64,000 nt of DNA from a virus (IMGVR_UViG_3300021400_000369:1-64000); one strand, 5' to 3'. Counted from the stretch's first letter, positions 1 through 10,133 are shown. Translations and numbers: made by a program. Notes: generated from the sequence alone by a model not told the origin.

Positions 1-55
1 GGATCGATATCCTTCAATAATCTTCGGATTGCTCCTTCTCTAATGTAATCAGTCA

Positions 56-268
56 TTATTTCACCAGGTATTTAATAGCTAATTCGACATCTTTTTCATA
101 AATAGTGCGACGTTTCGCGAGTTTCGCAGCGTCGACTGACTTCTCTGTCAGCTCGTAAGTATAATCTTCGACCTGTTTCAGTATCCTGTCTCTCGCTTCC
201 TTGCTCAAATAGCTGTCGGGAGCGATCTCATCCAACAGGTTTCTTATGCTTGATTTTGGAAAATTCAT
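56..268 (-). CDS. Archaeal histone-fold protein (HMf-like)
   Basis: 70 aa from the ATG at 268 (RBS GAGGTGA; the ORF track starts at a GTG inside the RBS). FPKSSIRNLL...LSKEA...AKLAKRRTIYEKDVELAI matches the HMf pattern LP..PI.RI...VS..A...A..A.RKTI..EDI.LA. Confidence 0.8.
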   Translation of the reverse strand: MNFPKSSIRNLLDEIAPDSYLSKEARDRILKQVEDYTYELTEKSVDAAKLAKRRTIYEKDVELAIKYLVK

Positions 269-295
269 TCGATTCACCTCTTGATGTTAAGATTT

Positions 296-314
296 CGGGG
301 GCTTTTCGCCCCCG
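296..314 (-). promoter_or_regulatory. GC hairpin in the 5' leader of the histone gene
   Basis: CGGGGGC-GAAAA-GCCCCCG on the minus strand, between a TATA-like box and the histone RBS. Confidence 0.4.
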
Positions 315-398
315 TCTTATTCGTTAATTATTGTATATTCACATATTTCGGAGAAAATAATGGTCCTTAGTGGACAATATTTCTTATATTTCCTATGT

Positions 399-406
399 TA
401 TTTAAA
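399..406 (-). promoter_or_regulatory. Putative archaeal TATA box for the histone gene
   Basis: TTTAAATA on the minus strand preceded by purine-rich AAAAATGGGATAAG (BRE-like). Confidence 0.4.
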
Positions 407-496
407 CTTATCCCATTTTTACTTCGTTATACCATTGTATAACGAACTAAATTCGGGTTTCCGCGATGATTTTGGGGTCGAAACCCCCTGTCTGGC

Positions 497-610
497 TCGA
501 AATTAGTGGACCAAATCGATGTGAATAGCTATTGCATTTCGATAAATTAGTGGACCCCGTCGATATGAAAGACGGGTTCACTTCGATAAAATTAGCGGAT
601 CCCACTAATT
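497..610. repeat. Three spaced copies of TCGA(TA)AA(A)TTAGYGGAYC (about 43-bp period), iteron-like
   Basis: Copies at about 497, 539 and 583; the third folds as AATTAGCGG-ATC-CCACTAATT; lies in a CpG-rich non-coding stretch. Confidence 0.5.
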
Positions 611-877
611 CTCGAAACCCGAAAACAAGTTCTGGGCCTCGAAAAATTCCCCCAAAAAATCCCCAAACGAAACACGCGCCGGGCTCGCACCCATCGCCAC
701 GACACGCCACGACACGATTACCCTTCGACCCATCAAAAAAAATAGGGTGGCCCCGCCAATACGAAGATCACGATCGAAGTAAAAAATAATTATAACAGCT
801 TCGTTTTCCTCATAACATTATTATTAGCTGTTATTTACGTGTCGCAAAAAAAATATAATAAAAAAATTATAAGCATC

Positions 878-949
878 TTAGAATAGGATGCTGCAAATGA
901 AACCCAGGATCCAACACATGATGTTGAAGGCCACCAGGAATTGGATCAT
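878..949 (-). CDS. Putative small single-TM membrane peptide
   Basis: MIQFLVAFNIMCWILGFICSILF*; the frame extends to an ATA at 973 preceded by GGAGGTGG; not in the ORF track. Confidence 0.35.
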   Translation of the reverse strand: MIQFLVAFNIMCWILGFICSILF

Positions 950-969
950 ATCAATAAGTTCCTTGCCAG

Positions 970-1593
970 TTATAATACCACCTCCTCATCCTTTCTGCCA
1001 TTATTGTCATAGTAGAACACACCTCCAATGTCAACATCATCATTAATCAATCCCTTTTCAAAGGATACTCGGCTGCTTGGTCTGAAGACATCACCATCAC
1101 TCATCTCCCAATATGAAACACCTTCATATTGCTGGGAAATGAACTCGATCTTTCCAATTAAACCATAATACATCTCCTTCTCACTTTCATCAGGAGATTG
1201 GGAAGCAAGTCTCCTCAGGGTTTCTATTGAAAGCCTCATGCCTTTTTCTGCGAAGCCGATTCCATCTTCATCCACCACTACATGAATGATGTTGGAATCA
1301 TCTTCAACTCTTTCAAGAACAACAACCTTAAAGGTATAATTCTTCTTCCCATCTTCCAATTTACCTCCAACATTTGTGATTTCCAAAAAGTTTCCATGGA
1401 AATCATTATATATATGTTGAAGAGCATCATTGTGAGGAAGCCAGAACTCATCACCTTTTTCATCTCGTCCAATGACCTGACGATTAGGTTTCTCTGGACT
1501 TCTGACCATATACATTCTCATGCAACCCAGAACGCTCATTAAATCTCTAACTAATGGAATTCTACCTTTTTTCTCATTTTCATAACTAACCAT
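970..1593 (-). CDS. Hypothetical protein
   Basis: 207 aa, RBS GGTGATAAT, preceded by a family C element. Confidence 0.75.
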   Translation of the reverse strand: MVSYENEKKGRIPLVRDLMSVLGCMRMYMVRSPEKPNRQVIGRDEKGDEFWLPHNDALQHIYNDFHGNFLEITNVGGKLEDGKKNYTFKVVVLERVEDDSNIIHVVVDEDGIGFAEKGMRLSIETLRRLASQSPDESEKEMYYGLIGKIEFISQQYEGVSYWEMSDGDVFRPSSRVSFEKGLINDDVDIGGVFYYDNNGRKDEEVVL

Positions 1594-1639
1594 ATTATCA
1601 CCTTTTATTTTTGTTTTGGATTTTTAAGACTCACCATGT

Positions 1640-2902
1640 CTATCCGATAATCTCCCATACGATTTGTCCTCTGCATATTGAACAGTAATCACAACATTTG
1701 CAGTTGCAGTTGCATATATGAAGAGTTTCAATATCATATTCTTCAGGAAGATCTTCATATTCCTTTTCTATCATTTCAAATGATTCAATTGCTCTGAACC
1801 AATTAGCGTCCTCAACTTTTCTGTACAGCTTCTCATTGGAAGCATTGAGCACCAACCAGTAAGGCTTGTTGGACCAATCGAGATCATATCTTGCAGAGTA
1901 GATGTAGAATCTTCCATCAATGTCCTTATCAGACATTCCTTTATCCTTCATCTTTTTCACAATACCGTTCACAATCTCAAAGATTTCTTCAAGGGTTTCC
2001 TGATCAGGAACATCTCCTGTGTCACAGAATCTCATGCCGTTTCTATCATACATAATTTTCTTGTAGAAGAAATCAATCTTCTCCTGTGTTGTATGAGTAG
2101 CCCAGGCATTCATTCTCTTCATTACTCTGTCTCTTACATTCTTGTAAGTAGTTTCCATATGTTTGGCGTAACATACGTCAGGGCATTGACACAGTCCATA
2201 TCTTTGACCTGAGCACATCCAAGCCAGTTCAAATGCCAGGTAGAACCATTTCTTTCCAAGCTTGGAATTCTGATCGTCTCCAATCAATGGGAATTTTCCA
2301 TGTTCGTCAAAGTATCTTTTCTCATATGCGCTGACTCCGAACCAGTCATCACCGAGTTTGTAATCTTTTGGCACAAGAACCCATGTGACTTTCAAGTCAG
2401 CACTTGACTTCTTCTCACCTGCTGCATTATAGTAGATGATTGGATTGTTCTTGTCTCTGAACTCTCCATTCTCAACACATTCCATAAATGTCTTGTATTC
2501 TCTCTGGGTCAGCTTTGTCATCTTCCTGGTGGTTTCACTACTGATCCTGGTCGGACTTCCTCTGGTGAACAATCTCCTGTTGATGATGTTCTTATCAACA
2601 TTTGACAGGTATGATGTTGTTTCTGATGTGATCATTCTAATCACATCATTCACAATACTATCCTGATTATGGATAGTCTTTAACTCATCATAATTACATT
2701 CACCTTTGATTGCCTTTACAAACAAGGCTTGTCCGCTTATTTCATACAACTTGCTTTTGCTGCTGTTGTTCTTACCATTCTTGTAGACCGGAACCATTGT
2801 ATCTAAACATTCAATATCAATGTTGCACATCTCTTCAAGAGTGTATAATTTATCAGCAATTACATCTTCCATGATTAATTTTCTTGCAGTTCTTTTTACC
2901 AT
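1640..2902 (-). CDS. GP88-like (gene product 88, radical-SAM-like Cys-cluster) protein
   Basis: CQCPDVCYAK, RFCDTGD, FYIYSA and C-terminal CNCNCKCCDYC motifs resemble the phage GP88 family. Confidence 0.55.
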   Translation of the reverse strand: MVKRTARKLIMEDVIADKLYTLEEMCNIDIECLDTMVPVYKNGKNNSSKSKLYEISGQALFVKAIKGECNYDELKTIHNQDSIVNDVIRMITSETTSYLSNVDKNIINRRLFTRGSPTRISSETTRKMTKLTQREYKTFMECVENGEFRDKNNPIIYYNAAGEKKSSADLKVTWVLVPKDYKLGDDWFGVSAYEKRYFDEHGKFPLIGDDQNSKLGKKWFYLAFELAWMCSGQRYGLCQCPDVCYAKHMETTYKNVRDRVMKRMNAWATHTTQEKIDFFYKKIMYDRNGMRFCDTGDVPDQETLEEIFEIVNGIVKKMKDKGMSDKDIDGRFYIYSARYDLDWSNKPYWLVLNASNEKLYRKVEDANWFRAIESFEMIEKEYEDLPEEYDIETLHICNCNCKCCDYCSICRGQIVWEIIG

Positions 2903-2923
2903 AATATCATCTCCATTTTTTAT

Positions 2924-3595
2924 TTAGTATTCATTAAATTCGTAGTATAATCCTTCGTATATGTCTTCAGGGTAATCTTTCTCAGCCATTTTCATGAAAT
3001 ATTTACATATTTTCTTATTGTACTCCTCATCTTCCTGCATTCTCTTCAAATGCTTTTTAAACTTCTCTAAATCTTCTCCACCTTTGTAGAACAACACAGC
3101 ATCATTTAGATACATGAACACTCCTTGTTGTTTAAAGTAGATTTGCGGTTCTTTACTGAACTTGATTTTTCCATCTATTATCTTATAATCACACTCTATT
3201 CCAATAGTGTAATTACTTCCTAAAAATTCATTATGCAATTCGTTTATTAAATATCCTTGTTTCATTTTCATTGTATCATCCTCTATTAATTCAAATTCAA
3301 CTCTCCAGATTAATGTATCTAATGATACATCACCATTTAGGTTTTTAAAATATTTTAAATAATCTTCTTTATCATTAAAACCTTCCTTTCTTCCTTCCTC
3401 ATCAGTTAATTCTGATAAAGGTTCAAGGTGACAATCCTTGATCAGGATTTCGCCATATACTTCAGGAGTACGATCTATTTTAATCTTGTGACGTTTTCCA
3501 GGAATTGCTGGTCTGCGTCCGGTTCTATTCATTCTCCTGGTTACTGTCTTATTTCCATTGATTATCTGATTCTTAGTGTATTCATCGAACATCAT
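2924..3595 (-). CDS. ASCH domain protein with C-terminal extension
   Basis: GNKTVTRR...EGRKEGF...WRVEFEL is the ASCH signature. Confidence 0.75.
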   Translation of the reverse strand: MMFDEYTKNQIINGNKTVTRRMNRTGRRPAIPGKRHKIKIDRTPEVYGEILIKDCHLEPLSELTDEEGRKEGFNDKEDYLKYFKNLNGDVSLDTLIWRVEFELIEDDTMKMKQGYLINELHNEFLGSNYTIGIECDYKIIDGKIKFSKEPQIYFKQQGVFMYLNDAVLFYKGGEDLEKFKKHLKRMQEDEEYNKKICKYFMKMAEKDYPEDIYEGLYYEFNEY

Positions 3596-4263
3596 CTTAT
3601 TATACCTCCATATTTATTGTATTCCATATTTGCCTTTTCAATCTTATCCCATCCTGGGTAAAAGTCATCCATTAATTTTTTGAACTCACTTCCATGATTA
3701 TGAACATACAAGTGTGTTAGTTCATGAGTAATCACTTCCTTAATGATTTCCTCAGGCATCTGAACCAGCACAAGGTTAATCCAGATTCTTTCAGCCACTA
3801 CATTGCATGTTCCCCATTTGGTTTTCATTCTTTTGATTCGGAATTCCTTGGGAGCTCTTCCTGTAACTTGAACACATTCATCCATCATTCTCGGAAGTTC
3901 CTTTTTGAACAGACTCCTTCCTAATCTTGCAGCTGATTCCATCATATCACCATATAATATTATGGTGTTGTTATTAATTTCTCCAATCTTTGTCTTACCA
4001 TCCTTATGTTCAATATTATATTTCTTTCCAAAAAGATACATTGAAGAGAAATCAATCTCTTTTTTGCTTTGATCGATTTCCTTTTGCATCTCTCTTAATG
4101 TATCAACATTCTCTTTCAATAAGGCTTCGACATAATCCATCTCCACCCATGATGGAACAGATGCATACACCTGCATGCGTCTTTTATCTGTTCCGATTTG
4201 AAATCTTCTCATTCTCTTATTATTTCTCACTCTTATATCTACATCTATTCCTTCTATATTCAT
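3592..4263 (-). CDS. M48/YgjP (DUF45, SprT-like) zinc metallohydrolase
   Basis: MKTKWGTC...WINLVL...HELTHL..HNHGSEF. Confidence 0.85.
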   Translation of the reverse strand: MNIEGIDVDIRVRNNKRMRRFQIGTDKRRMQVYASVPSWVEMDYVEALLKENVDTLREMQKEIDQSKKEIDFSSMYLFGKKYNIEHKDGKTKIGEINNNTIILYGDMMESAARLGRSLFKKELPRMMDECVQVTGRAPKEFRIKRMKTKWGTCNVVAERIWINLVLVQMPEEIIKEVITHELTHLYVHNHGSEFKKLMDDFYPGWDKIEKANMEYNKYGGIIR

Positions 4264-4271
4264 ATTATCAC

Positions 4272-5525
4272 CTATTCTTCTTCAATGATTTTACTAATAT
4301 GTTTTCCTAATCTTTCAACAACACCTATGACCAATGCGTTACCCATCATGAAATATCTTCTTCTTTCAGTCATGGATTTCGCTTGCACATTTGTCCAATT
4401 ATCAGGAAACATTTGGATTCTTTCAGCTTCCATAGGAGTAAGGGTTCTTAACTTACCTGTTCTAATATCTTTCACTATATGAGTACTTCTGTTCATAGTG
4501 GATTCACTTGTTAATAATGTTCTAGCAGGTCTGTTAAGATAATCAGGGAAAGCCACATTACCTTCTGAGAAGAAATACTTCTCACCATTGGGTTTTGTTC
4601 TCTCTATCTTCTTGCTACCTTTTAGGTATTTCATTCTTTCAATCTTTTCATCTGTTAAGAAATACTTTTCATTAATTTCACCTTTCTCTATGATATCTCC
4701 CAATGTAGTTATTTCATCACAATTTGGTTTTGTCTTAAATGTATAGATATTACCTTTATGCATGAATCCTGAATTCAGGAATTGGAAGATGAAGCGATCG
4801 CTGAGATCAACCAAATCTTTAAACCCTTTTATGCTGTTAACATCTCTCTCAGGTTCAGACTCATCTACCTTTACTGGGAAGCAGGAAGCAAATACTCCAT
4901 CATAGTAGATTATCTCTTCAGCGTTTTTCCGACTTATTTCCTGATAGTATTTTGTTGACTCATGATAAGCAAAAATAAATACTCTTCGTCTTTTTTGAGG
5001 GAATCCATACTCAGCAGCATTGATAACTCTCCATTCCACACCATAACCATTATCCCATAATGTTTTAAGGATTATTCCAAAGTCTCTACCTCTTTGAAAT
5101 GATGGAGATTTAAGTAGCCTGTCCACATTTTCAAGTAATATAAATGGTGGTTGTTTCTTTTCTAAGATTTCAGCAATCTGCCACCAGAGAACTCCTTTCT
5201 TGCCTTCAATTCCTTTTTCATTTGATAATGAACGAGCAACTGAATAGTCCTGACATGGGAAGCCTCCAACTAAAAGAGTGTGATCTGGGATGCTTGTCTT
5301 ATCAATAAGACTAATATCCTCATTCACATGGTTTTCACTTTCTCCGAATCGTTCCACATAGCAATCATAAGCCGCTTGGGTTTTAGTGCTCGGTTCCCAT
5401 TGATTAATCCAAACAAAATCCCAAGTATCATCTTCAACGACTTCATTGTTTTTTAATTCAACCTTATTTAATCCACAACGGAATCCACCAACTCCTGCAA
5501 ATAATTCTACTACTGTCTTATCCAT
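4272..5525 (-). CDS. dcm: DNA (cytosine-5) methyltransferase, M.Sau3AI-like
   Basis: ELFAGVGG (I), GGFPCQDYS (IV), ENV (VI), QKRRRVF (VIII), MGNA (X); NQWEPS, LLKSPSFQRGRDF and PARTLLTSE..NRSTH recall M.Sau3AI; start corrected to the ATG at 5525 (RBS GGTGAT). Confidence 0.92.
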   Translation of the reverse strand: MDKTVVELFAGVGGFRCGLNKVELKNNEVVEDDTWDFVWINQWEPSTKTQAAYDCYVERFGESENHVNEDISLIDKTSIPDHTLLVGGFPCQDYSVARSLSNEKGIEGKKGVLWWQIAEILEKKQPPFILLENVDRLLKSPSFQRGRDFGIILKTLWDNGYGVEWRVINAAEYGFPQKRRRVFIFAYHESTKYYQEISRKNAEEIIYYDGVFASCFPVKVDESEPERDVNSIKGFKDLVDLSDRFIFQFLNSGFMHKGNIYTFKTKPNCDEITTLGDIIEKGEINEKYFLTDEKIERMKYLKGSKKIERTKPNGEKYFFSEGNVAFPDYLNRPARTLLTSESTMNRSTHIVKDIRTGKLRTLTPMEAERIQMFPDNWTNVQAKSMTERRRYFMMGNALVIGVVERLGKHISKIIEEE

Positions 5526-5529
5526 ATTA

Positions 5530-5838
5530 TCACCATTCATTTAATTTAAAACAAATTCTATTCTCGCAATATTCATCAATCTCATATGTGAATATCTTCA
5601 TTCCAAGTTTTTGATTTAATTCTTCAAAATATTTCTCAATTCTTGGTTTGACAATCTTAAATTCTTTCTCTAAATAAGCTTGATATTCATACTCATTATT
5701 AAAATCATCAATTCTTTTAAATTCTATATCATCATTTAATGGTTTATAATCTAATCGGAGGCTATTGTCTCCAACCCATTCAAAACCATATTTTTCATTC
5801 AATTCTTTAAACATTTTTTTTAATTCATCTTTTATCAT
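5530..5838 (-). CDS. Hypothetical protein
   Basis: Start corrected to MIKDEL (RBS GGTGATAAT). Confidence 0.7.
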   Translation of the reverse strand: MIKDELKKMFKELNEKYGFEWVGDNSLRLDYKPLNDDIEFKRIDDFNNEYEYQAYLEKEFKIVKPRIEKYFEELNQKLGMKIFTYEIDEYCENRICFKLNEW

Positions 5839-5842
5839 ATTA

Positions 5843-6154
5843 TCACCATTCGATTTTAACTGTATCCCCCATGAAACAACCCAATAAATCATAGATAGTG
5901 TTGATGACAAAATCATCAACAGTTATCTCTTTTTCATTATCATCTTTGGTTAGTTCGACAATTAATCTTATACGGTTTTCATCAATCACCTTCAACATTT
6001 GTCCTAATATTAAAGGGTCCATTTCTTCAAAGCCACCAATTGGTGCTCTAAAGTTTATGATATTTTCAGTTTCATCAATAGAGAAGAAAAGAAAAGTATC
6101 TTTTCCATCATGTTCTAGGTAATCCCTTCTCCTAATAATTCCACCTTTATCCAT
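5843..6154 (-). CDS. Hypothetical protein
   Basis: Start corrected to MDKGG (RBS GGTGATAA). Confidence 0.7.
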   Translation of the reverse strand: MDKGGIIRRRDYLEHDGKDTFLFFSIDETENIINFRAPIGGFEEMDPLILGQMLKVIDENRIRLIVELTKDDNEKEITVDDFVINTIYDLLGCFMGDTVKIEW

Positions 6155-6164
6155 TTTATCACCT

Positions 6165-6818
6165 TTAAATATCATAATGTGATGGGAAGAATAAATACAT
6201 ATCATCGTCTAATTTAACAAGTGGACATATACTACATTCATTCTCCATATTCTCAATCATTCTATCTATATTATTGTTGTATTTTGCAAGTTGATCTTTA
6301 AAATTCATAATTACAGATTCTTCATTAAATAAGATAATAGATGAAATAATCATTTTAAACGCATTAACCCAATCTTGTACGCATTGGTCGTATTGTTCCG
6401 CATCATCAAGATTATATATGCATTCATCTATTTCATAATTTACATGTTCACGTAACGCATCAAACATGACATTTGCGGTGTTTTCATTTGCTGAAAAGAT
6501 GCCAATATCATTAATTGCGGCGGCGATAATTCTACATTTATCTGTATGATATCCCTTTGCATCGAATGGAAACGGTCCCATATCATATAGGAAACGTTCC
6601 CAATCCAAAGGAGTTTCAAGTACATACCTATACTTATTTAGAATTTTCTGATTGTTCTCAGAAAAGTTACATAAGTAACGTCCATCGTCCACAGGTATCT
6701 CATCCATAAGGCTAAAGATGTTATCCGCGGATTCGTTATTGTTAATATTACGTTCATGTAACATTTCTGTAAGAATGCGTCCTATATCTATTTTTGAAAT
6801 ATATCTTGTTTTTTTCAT
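6165..6818 (-). CDS. Hypothetical protein
   Basis: 217 aa, RBS GGTGATAAT, preceded by a family B element. Confidence 0.75.
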   Translation of the reverse strand: MKKTRYISKIDIGRILTEMLHERNINNNESADNIFSLMDEIPVDDGRYLCNFSENNQKILNKYRYVLETPLDWERFLYDMGPFPFDAKGYHTDKCRIIAAAINDIGIFSANENTANVMFDALREHVNYEIDECIYNLDDAEQYDQCVQDWVNAFKMIISSIILFNEESVIMNFKDQLAKYNNNIDRMIENMENECSICPLVKLDDDMYLFFPSHYDI

Positions 6819-6890
6819 ATTATCACCTTTATTTTTTTTGTTTTATATTTTTGATGAGGGAGAATATTAACTCCCAATAGTTTATTTATG

Positions 6891-7679
6891 TTATTCAATT
6901 TCTTCATCGAAGAACTCTTTAATAAATTTCATATAAAGTTTTTCTAATTCACAATGCATATCGTGAGCCCACCATTCATTAGTTGGGTTTTCTTGACCTG
7001 TATGTTTTTCAAATGTAGCTTCAAGTATCTCCCAATCAATACAACACGGTAATGTGTTATCCGCAAAGAAATCACAACAATCGTTGTCATCGTAAAGAGA
7101 TAGTCTTTGTATTTCAAGAATTCCAAGTAATTCATCTATCGGCATTAGATTGATAAATTTTTTGTAATTGAAATTATATGTGCCATTTTCGTTAGCAATG
7201 ATACATAATGGCACAAGCTTTCTTATTGTTTCTTTTGAAACTGTATGTCTACGATAATATGAGTGTCCCATTTCTTCCATTCTATCAAGAATGGTGGTAT
7301 TTTCAAGTGTTTCTGGATAATACTCTAATTTTACTTCATCAAGAAGTCGCAGAGATCTTTCCACATATTCTTCTTCGGTCATCATTTCATGATTGTCTTT
7401 GTAAACTGTACCTCCTGGTGCGGCTAAGTTCATGTAAAGTGTGTCAATATATTCCTGATATGTTTGAGTGTATGGATCACTATCTCCATCATCTTGATGG
7501 ATTACTTTTTGATTGTCATCAATGATAAAAACAATGCATGCAGTTCCGAAAAAAGGATCACGATATATGCTAATTACTTCGTTTTCTAATTCTGTCAGTA
7601 ATTGCATATTGCCTTTTGTCATTTTCATGTTTTGTGTTTTTCTTTCAATTGCGTTTTTTACTTTGTCTGCTAATACCAT
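6891..7679 (-). CDS. Hypothetical protein
   Basis: 262 aa, RBS GGTGATAAT, preceded by a family B element. Confidence 0.75.
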   Translation of the reverse strand: MVLADKVKNAIERKTQNMKMTKGNMQLLTELENEVISIYRDPFFGTACIVFIIDDNQKVIHQDDGDSDPYTQTYQEYIDTLYMNLAAPGGTVYKDNHEMMTEEEYVERSLRLLDEVKLEYYPETLENTTILDRMEEMGHSYYRRHTVSKETIRKLVPLCIIANENGTYNFNYKKFINLMPIDELLGILEIQRLSLYDDNDCCDFFADNTLPCCIDWEILEATFEKHTGQENPTNEWWAHDMHCELEKLYMKFIKEFFDEEIE

Positions 7680-7764
7680 ATTATCACCATTTAATTTTGT
7701 TTTATATATTTTTGATGAAGGAGAATATTAACTCCCAATAGTTCGACAGTCTTTATTCTATTAT

Positions 7765-8142
7765 TTAATCATCTTCCTCGCAATATCCACAATTTATGCA
7801 ATCATAATCCTCAACACCTATTTCATCGAAGAGACATATTCCTTCCCCTATATCCTGCATGAACACTTTCAGTCTGCGTATTTCGTTAAATCTTCTGAGC
7901 ACTTGCCAGATTGTAAGCTCTCCATCAGCCTCATCCCTTACTACCTTGCCATTTCTGACCTGAATCCATGTATAGTTAAAGATGTGGTCTGGATCGTCAT
8001 CATGATGTTCCAGTTCAAAGTAGGCGTATGTGTTCTCTCTAAAAGGCACACTAAAGGACCAAGACTTGAGAGTACGCAATCCTTCTGGGTCATAGTCGCT
8101 AAAATATTCATCAAACAATTCTTTTAATTCTTCTTTTTTCAT
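7765..8142 (-). CDS. Hypothetical protein with C-terminal Cys cluster
   Basis: 125 aa, C...CINCGYC, RBS GGAG. Confidence 0.7.
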   Translation of the reverse strand: MKKEELKELFDEYFSDYDPEGLRTLKSWSFSVPFRENTYAYFELEHHDDDPDHIFNYTWIQVRNGKVVRDEADGELTIWQVLRRFNEIRRLKVFMQDIGEGICLFDEIGVEDYDCINCGYCEEDD

Positions 8143-8156
8143 AATTATTTCTCCAG

Positions 8157-8462
8157 TTAGTTTATTATTAAATAGTAGTTTTCTCTGTCAATTGTTCTTC
8201 TGCCATCATCTTTACAATCCCATATCCATTGCAGGAATTGAGAGTCTTCTGCCCAGTTTTGGATTAATTGATGGTATTGCATATGTTCCTCTTCTGCAAA
8301 GTCGAATGGGTTTCTTGGCAGGTTAGCTGTGGTAAAACCTTGATGATCATAGTAACCAATGTCGGGTTCATCATCATCGATTGTTGTAATGTCCACATAT
8401 CCTTTAAGGGTTATTTGACTGTTTTCGGTGCTTACAATTTCAAAATCTACATATTCTATCAT
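8157..8462 (-). CDS. Hypothetical protein
   Basis: Start corrected to MIEYVDF (RBS GGTGAT). Confidence 0.7.
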   Translation of the reverse strand: MIEYVDFEIVSTENSQITLKGYVDITTIDDDEPDIGYYDHQGFTTANLPRNPFDFAEEEHMQYHQLIQNWAEDSQFLQWIWDCKDDGRRTIDRENYYLIIN

Positions 8463-8482
8463 TTTATCACCTTTTTGTGTAG

Positions 8483-9010
8483 TTATTCTCCTGGGCAAAT
8501 TGCTTTTCTATCATCTCTCATTTCTGATTTTTCGATGTATGGTTTTAATTCGTCATCTTGTTTACATTTTTTAATTACTGCGGTAAAGATATCTTCAATT
8601 TCTTTATCATTAAGATCTTCATACTTGTTTTCAATCATATCATTTACATATACGTCAAATTGGTTTTCAGGATATACATCATCTTCAAACCATTCTTTTT
8701 TGGCTATTCGGTATATGAAATTCGCTTTATACTCTTTTTCTTTTTCTTTAAAAAATGGATCATCTTCGTATATGTCTTTGGATAACATATCTTGGATATC
8801 ACTGCCAGATATTTTATCTAATAATTCATCAAATTTTTTAATTTCTTTTTGTGTCATTTTTCCTCTACCTACAACATAATTATAAAGGTTACTAAGACCA
8901 CTAATATGTCCTGCTGTGTATGCAGATCTCAATGCTTTGACAGTAAAAAGTGCGTCTGTTTTCCATTCTTTTCTCATTTGGTATTCTTGTTTGATTTCTT
9001 TTTTCTCCAT
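8483..9010 (-). CDS. Hypothetical protein
   Basis: Start corrected to MEKKEIK; the ORF-track N-terminus (STWRKSLKASKK) is read-through of repeat A. Confidence 0.7.
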   Translation of the reverse strand: MEKKEIKQEYQMRKEWKTDALFTVKALRSAYTAGHISGLSNLYNYVVGRGKMTQKEIKKFDELLDKISGSDIQDMLSKDIYEDDPFFKEKEKEYKANFIYRIAKKEWFEDDVYPENQFDVYVNDMIENKYEDLNDKEIEDIFTAVIKKCKQDDELKPYIEKSEMRDDRKAICPGE

Positions 9011-9088
9011 AATATCACCATTTTTTGTTTTTTTTGAGGCTTTTAGCGACTTCCTCCAGGTCGAATAATTCAACAGTTATTTATTACA

Positions 9089-9604
9089 TTATAATTTTTC
9101 ATATAATTCTTTGAGTTTTTCTTTTGAAAAATTATCTCCTTGTCCTTTCTTTTCATAATAGGCCCAAGTGTCTAAGTCAATGATAGTGTCATCACCATCT
9201 GTTTCAGAATATAGGAAAACACCTCCTACGTGGTGTATGTTTCCGTTCATATAGTGCTGAATATCACCAACACATAAGAAGTGTTGGCGAATATGCTTAC
9301 TGTTCTCTACCAACCATTCACATACTTTCTCAACCGCATTACGAGTGAGATCTTCTTCACATGATTCTATGATTTTATCTATAATTTCTTCTCTTGTTTT
9401 TTCCTTAGGCAGGGATTCCATATATCTCTTAGTCGCTTCATTTAATACTTTATCCCATATATCATCTGTGACATCTAATAGGATATCGTTCAAGTGGGTT
9501 TTATTCTCTTCAAATGATTTGCCAACACCAATTATTCCTCTTTTTTCCCATAGGGGAATGGTATCACTATTCAATATTTTATTTATAAGATTTTCGCAAT
9601 CCAT
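9089..9604 (-). CDS. Hypothetical protein
   Basis: 171 aa, RBS GGTGAT, preceded by repeat A. Confidence 0.7.
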   Translation of the reverse strand: MDCENLINKILNSDTIPLWEKRGIIGVGKSFEENKTHLNDILLDVTDDIWDKVLNEATKRYMESLPKEKTREEIIDKIIESCEEDLTRNAVEKVCEWLVENSKHIRQHFLCVGDIQHYMNGNIHHVGGVFLYSETDGDDTIIDLDTWAYYEKKGQGDNFSKEKLKELYEKL

Positions 9605-9680
9605 AACATCACCTTTTTTTGTTTTTATATTTTGAGGCTTTTCGCGACTTCCTCCAGGTCGAATAGTTCGTCAGTTGTTA

Positions 9681-10112
9681 TTAAAATCCTGTCCATTCAA
9701 TGGAATACTCATCATCAATTTCTTCCAATCCCTCTAAAAAGAACCTGATAATTTCATGATCCTCACTATAATCTGGGTCATTAAGGAAATATTTTCCTCC
9801 GTTTTTCATATTTTCTTTATCAAATTGATCAAGAACATATTTTTTGCCATCATAAAAACTACAATCATTCTCTCCATATTCAGAAAATCTCATTTCAATG
9901 ATTTGTTCAAAAATACCTTCATCAAGAATTGATGGAGGGATAAAGTATATTGTATTTTCATCTCCAATTTCTGTGTAAAAATAGAAATCAAGAATAGTGG
10001 AGATTTTTTCTACCTCTATCCCTTTTTCTTTTAATTCTGATATTTTTTCATCTACATCGCTTTTTAAAGCGACCATTTTTTTTCCATTTTCTTCTATAAT
10101 ATACTTTTCCAT
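9681..10112 (-). CDS. Hypothetical protein
   Basis: Start corrected to MEKYII; shares S.iDE.fiE.iI.MR..E with its neighbour 10134-10430. Confidence 0.7.
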   Translation of the reverse strand: MEKYIIEENGKKMVALKSDVDEKISELKEKGIEVEKISTILDFYFYTEIGDENTIYFIPPSILDEGIFEQIIEMRFSEYGENDCSFYDGKKYVLDQFDKENMKNGGKYFLNDPDYSEDHEIIRFFLEGLEEIDDEYSIEWTGF

Positions 10113-10133
10113 ATTACCACCATTCACTCATAT

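Noticed and set aside
447-789. ORFs 447-710 and 532-789
   Set aside because: Overlapping, no RBS, atypical composition; they lie in the repeat-rich non-coding island
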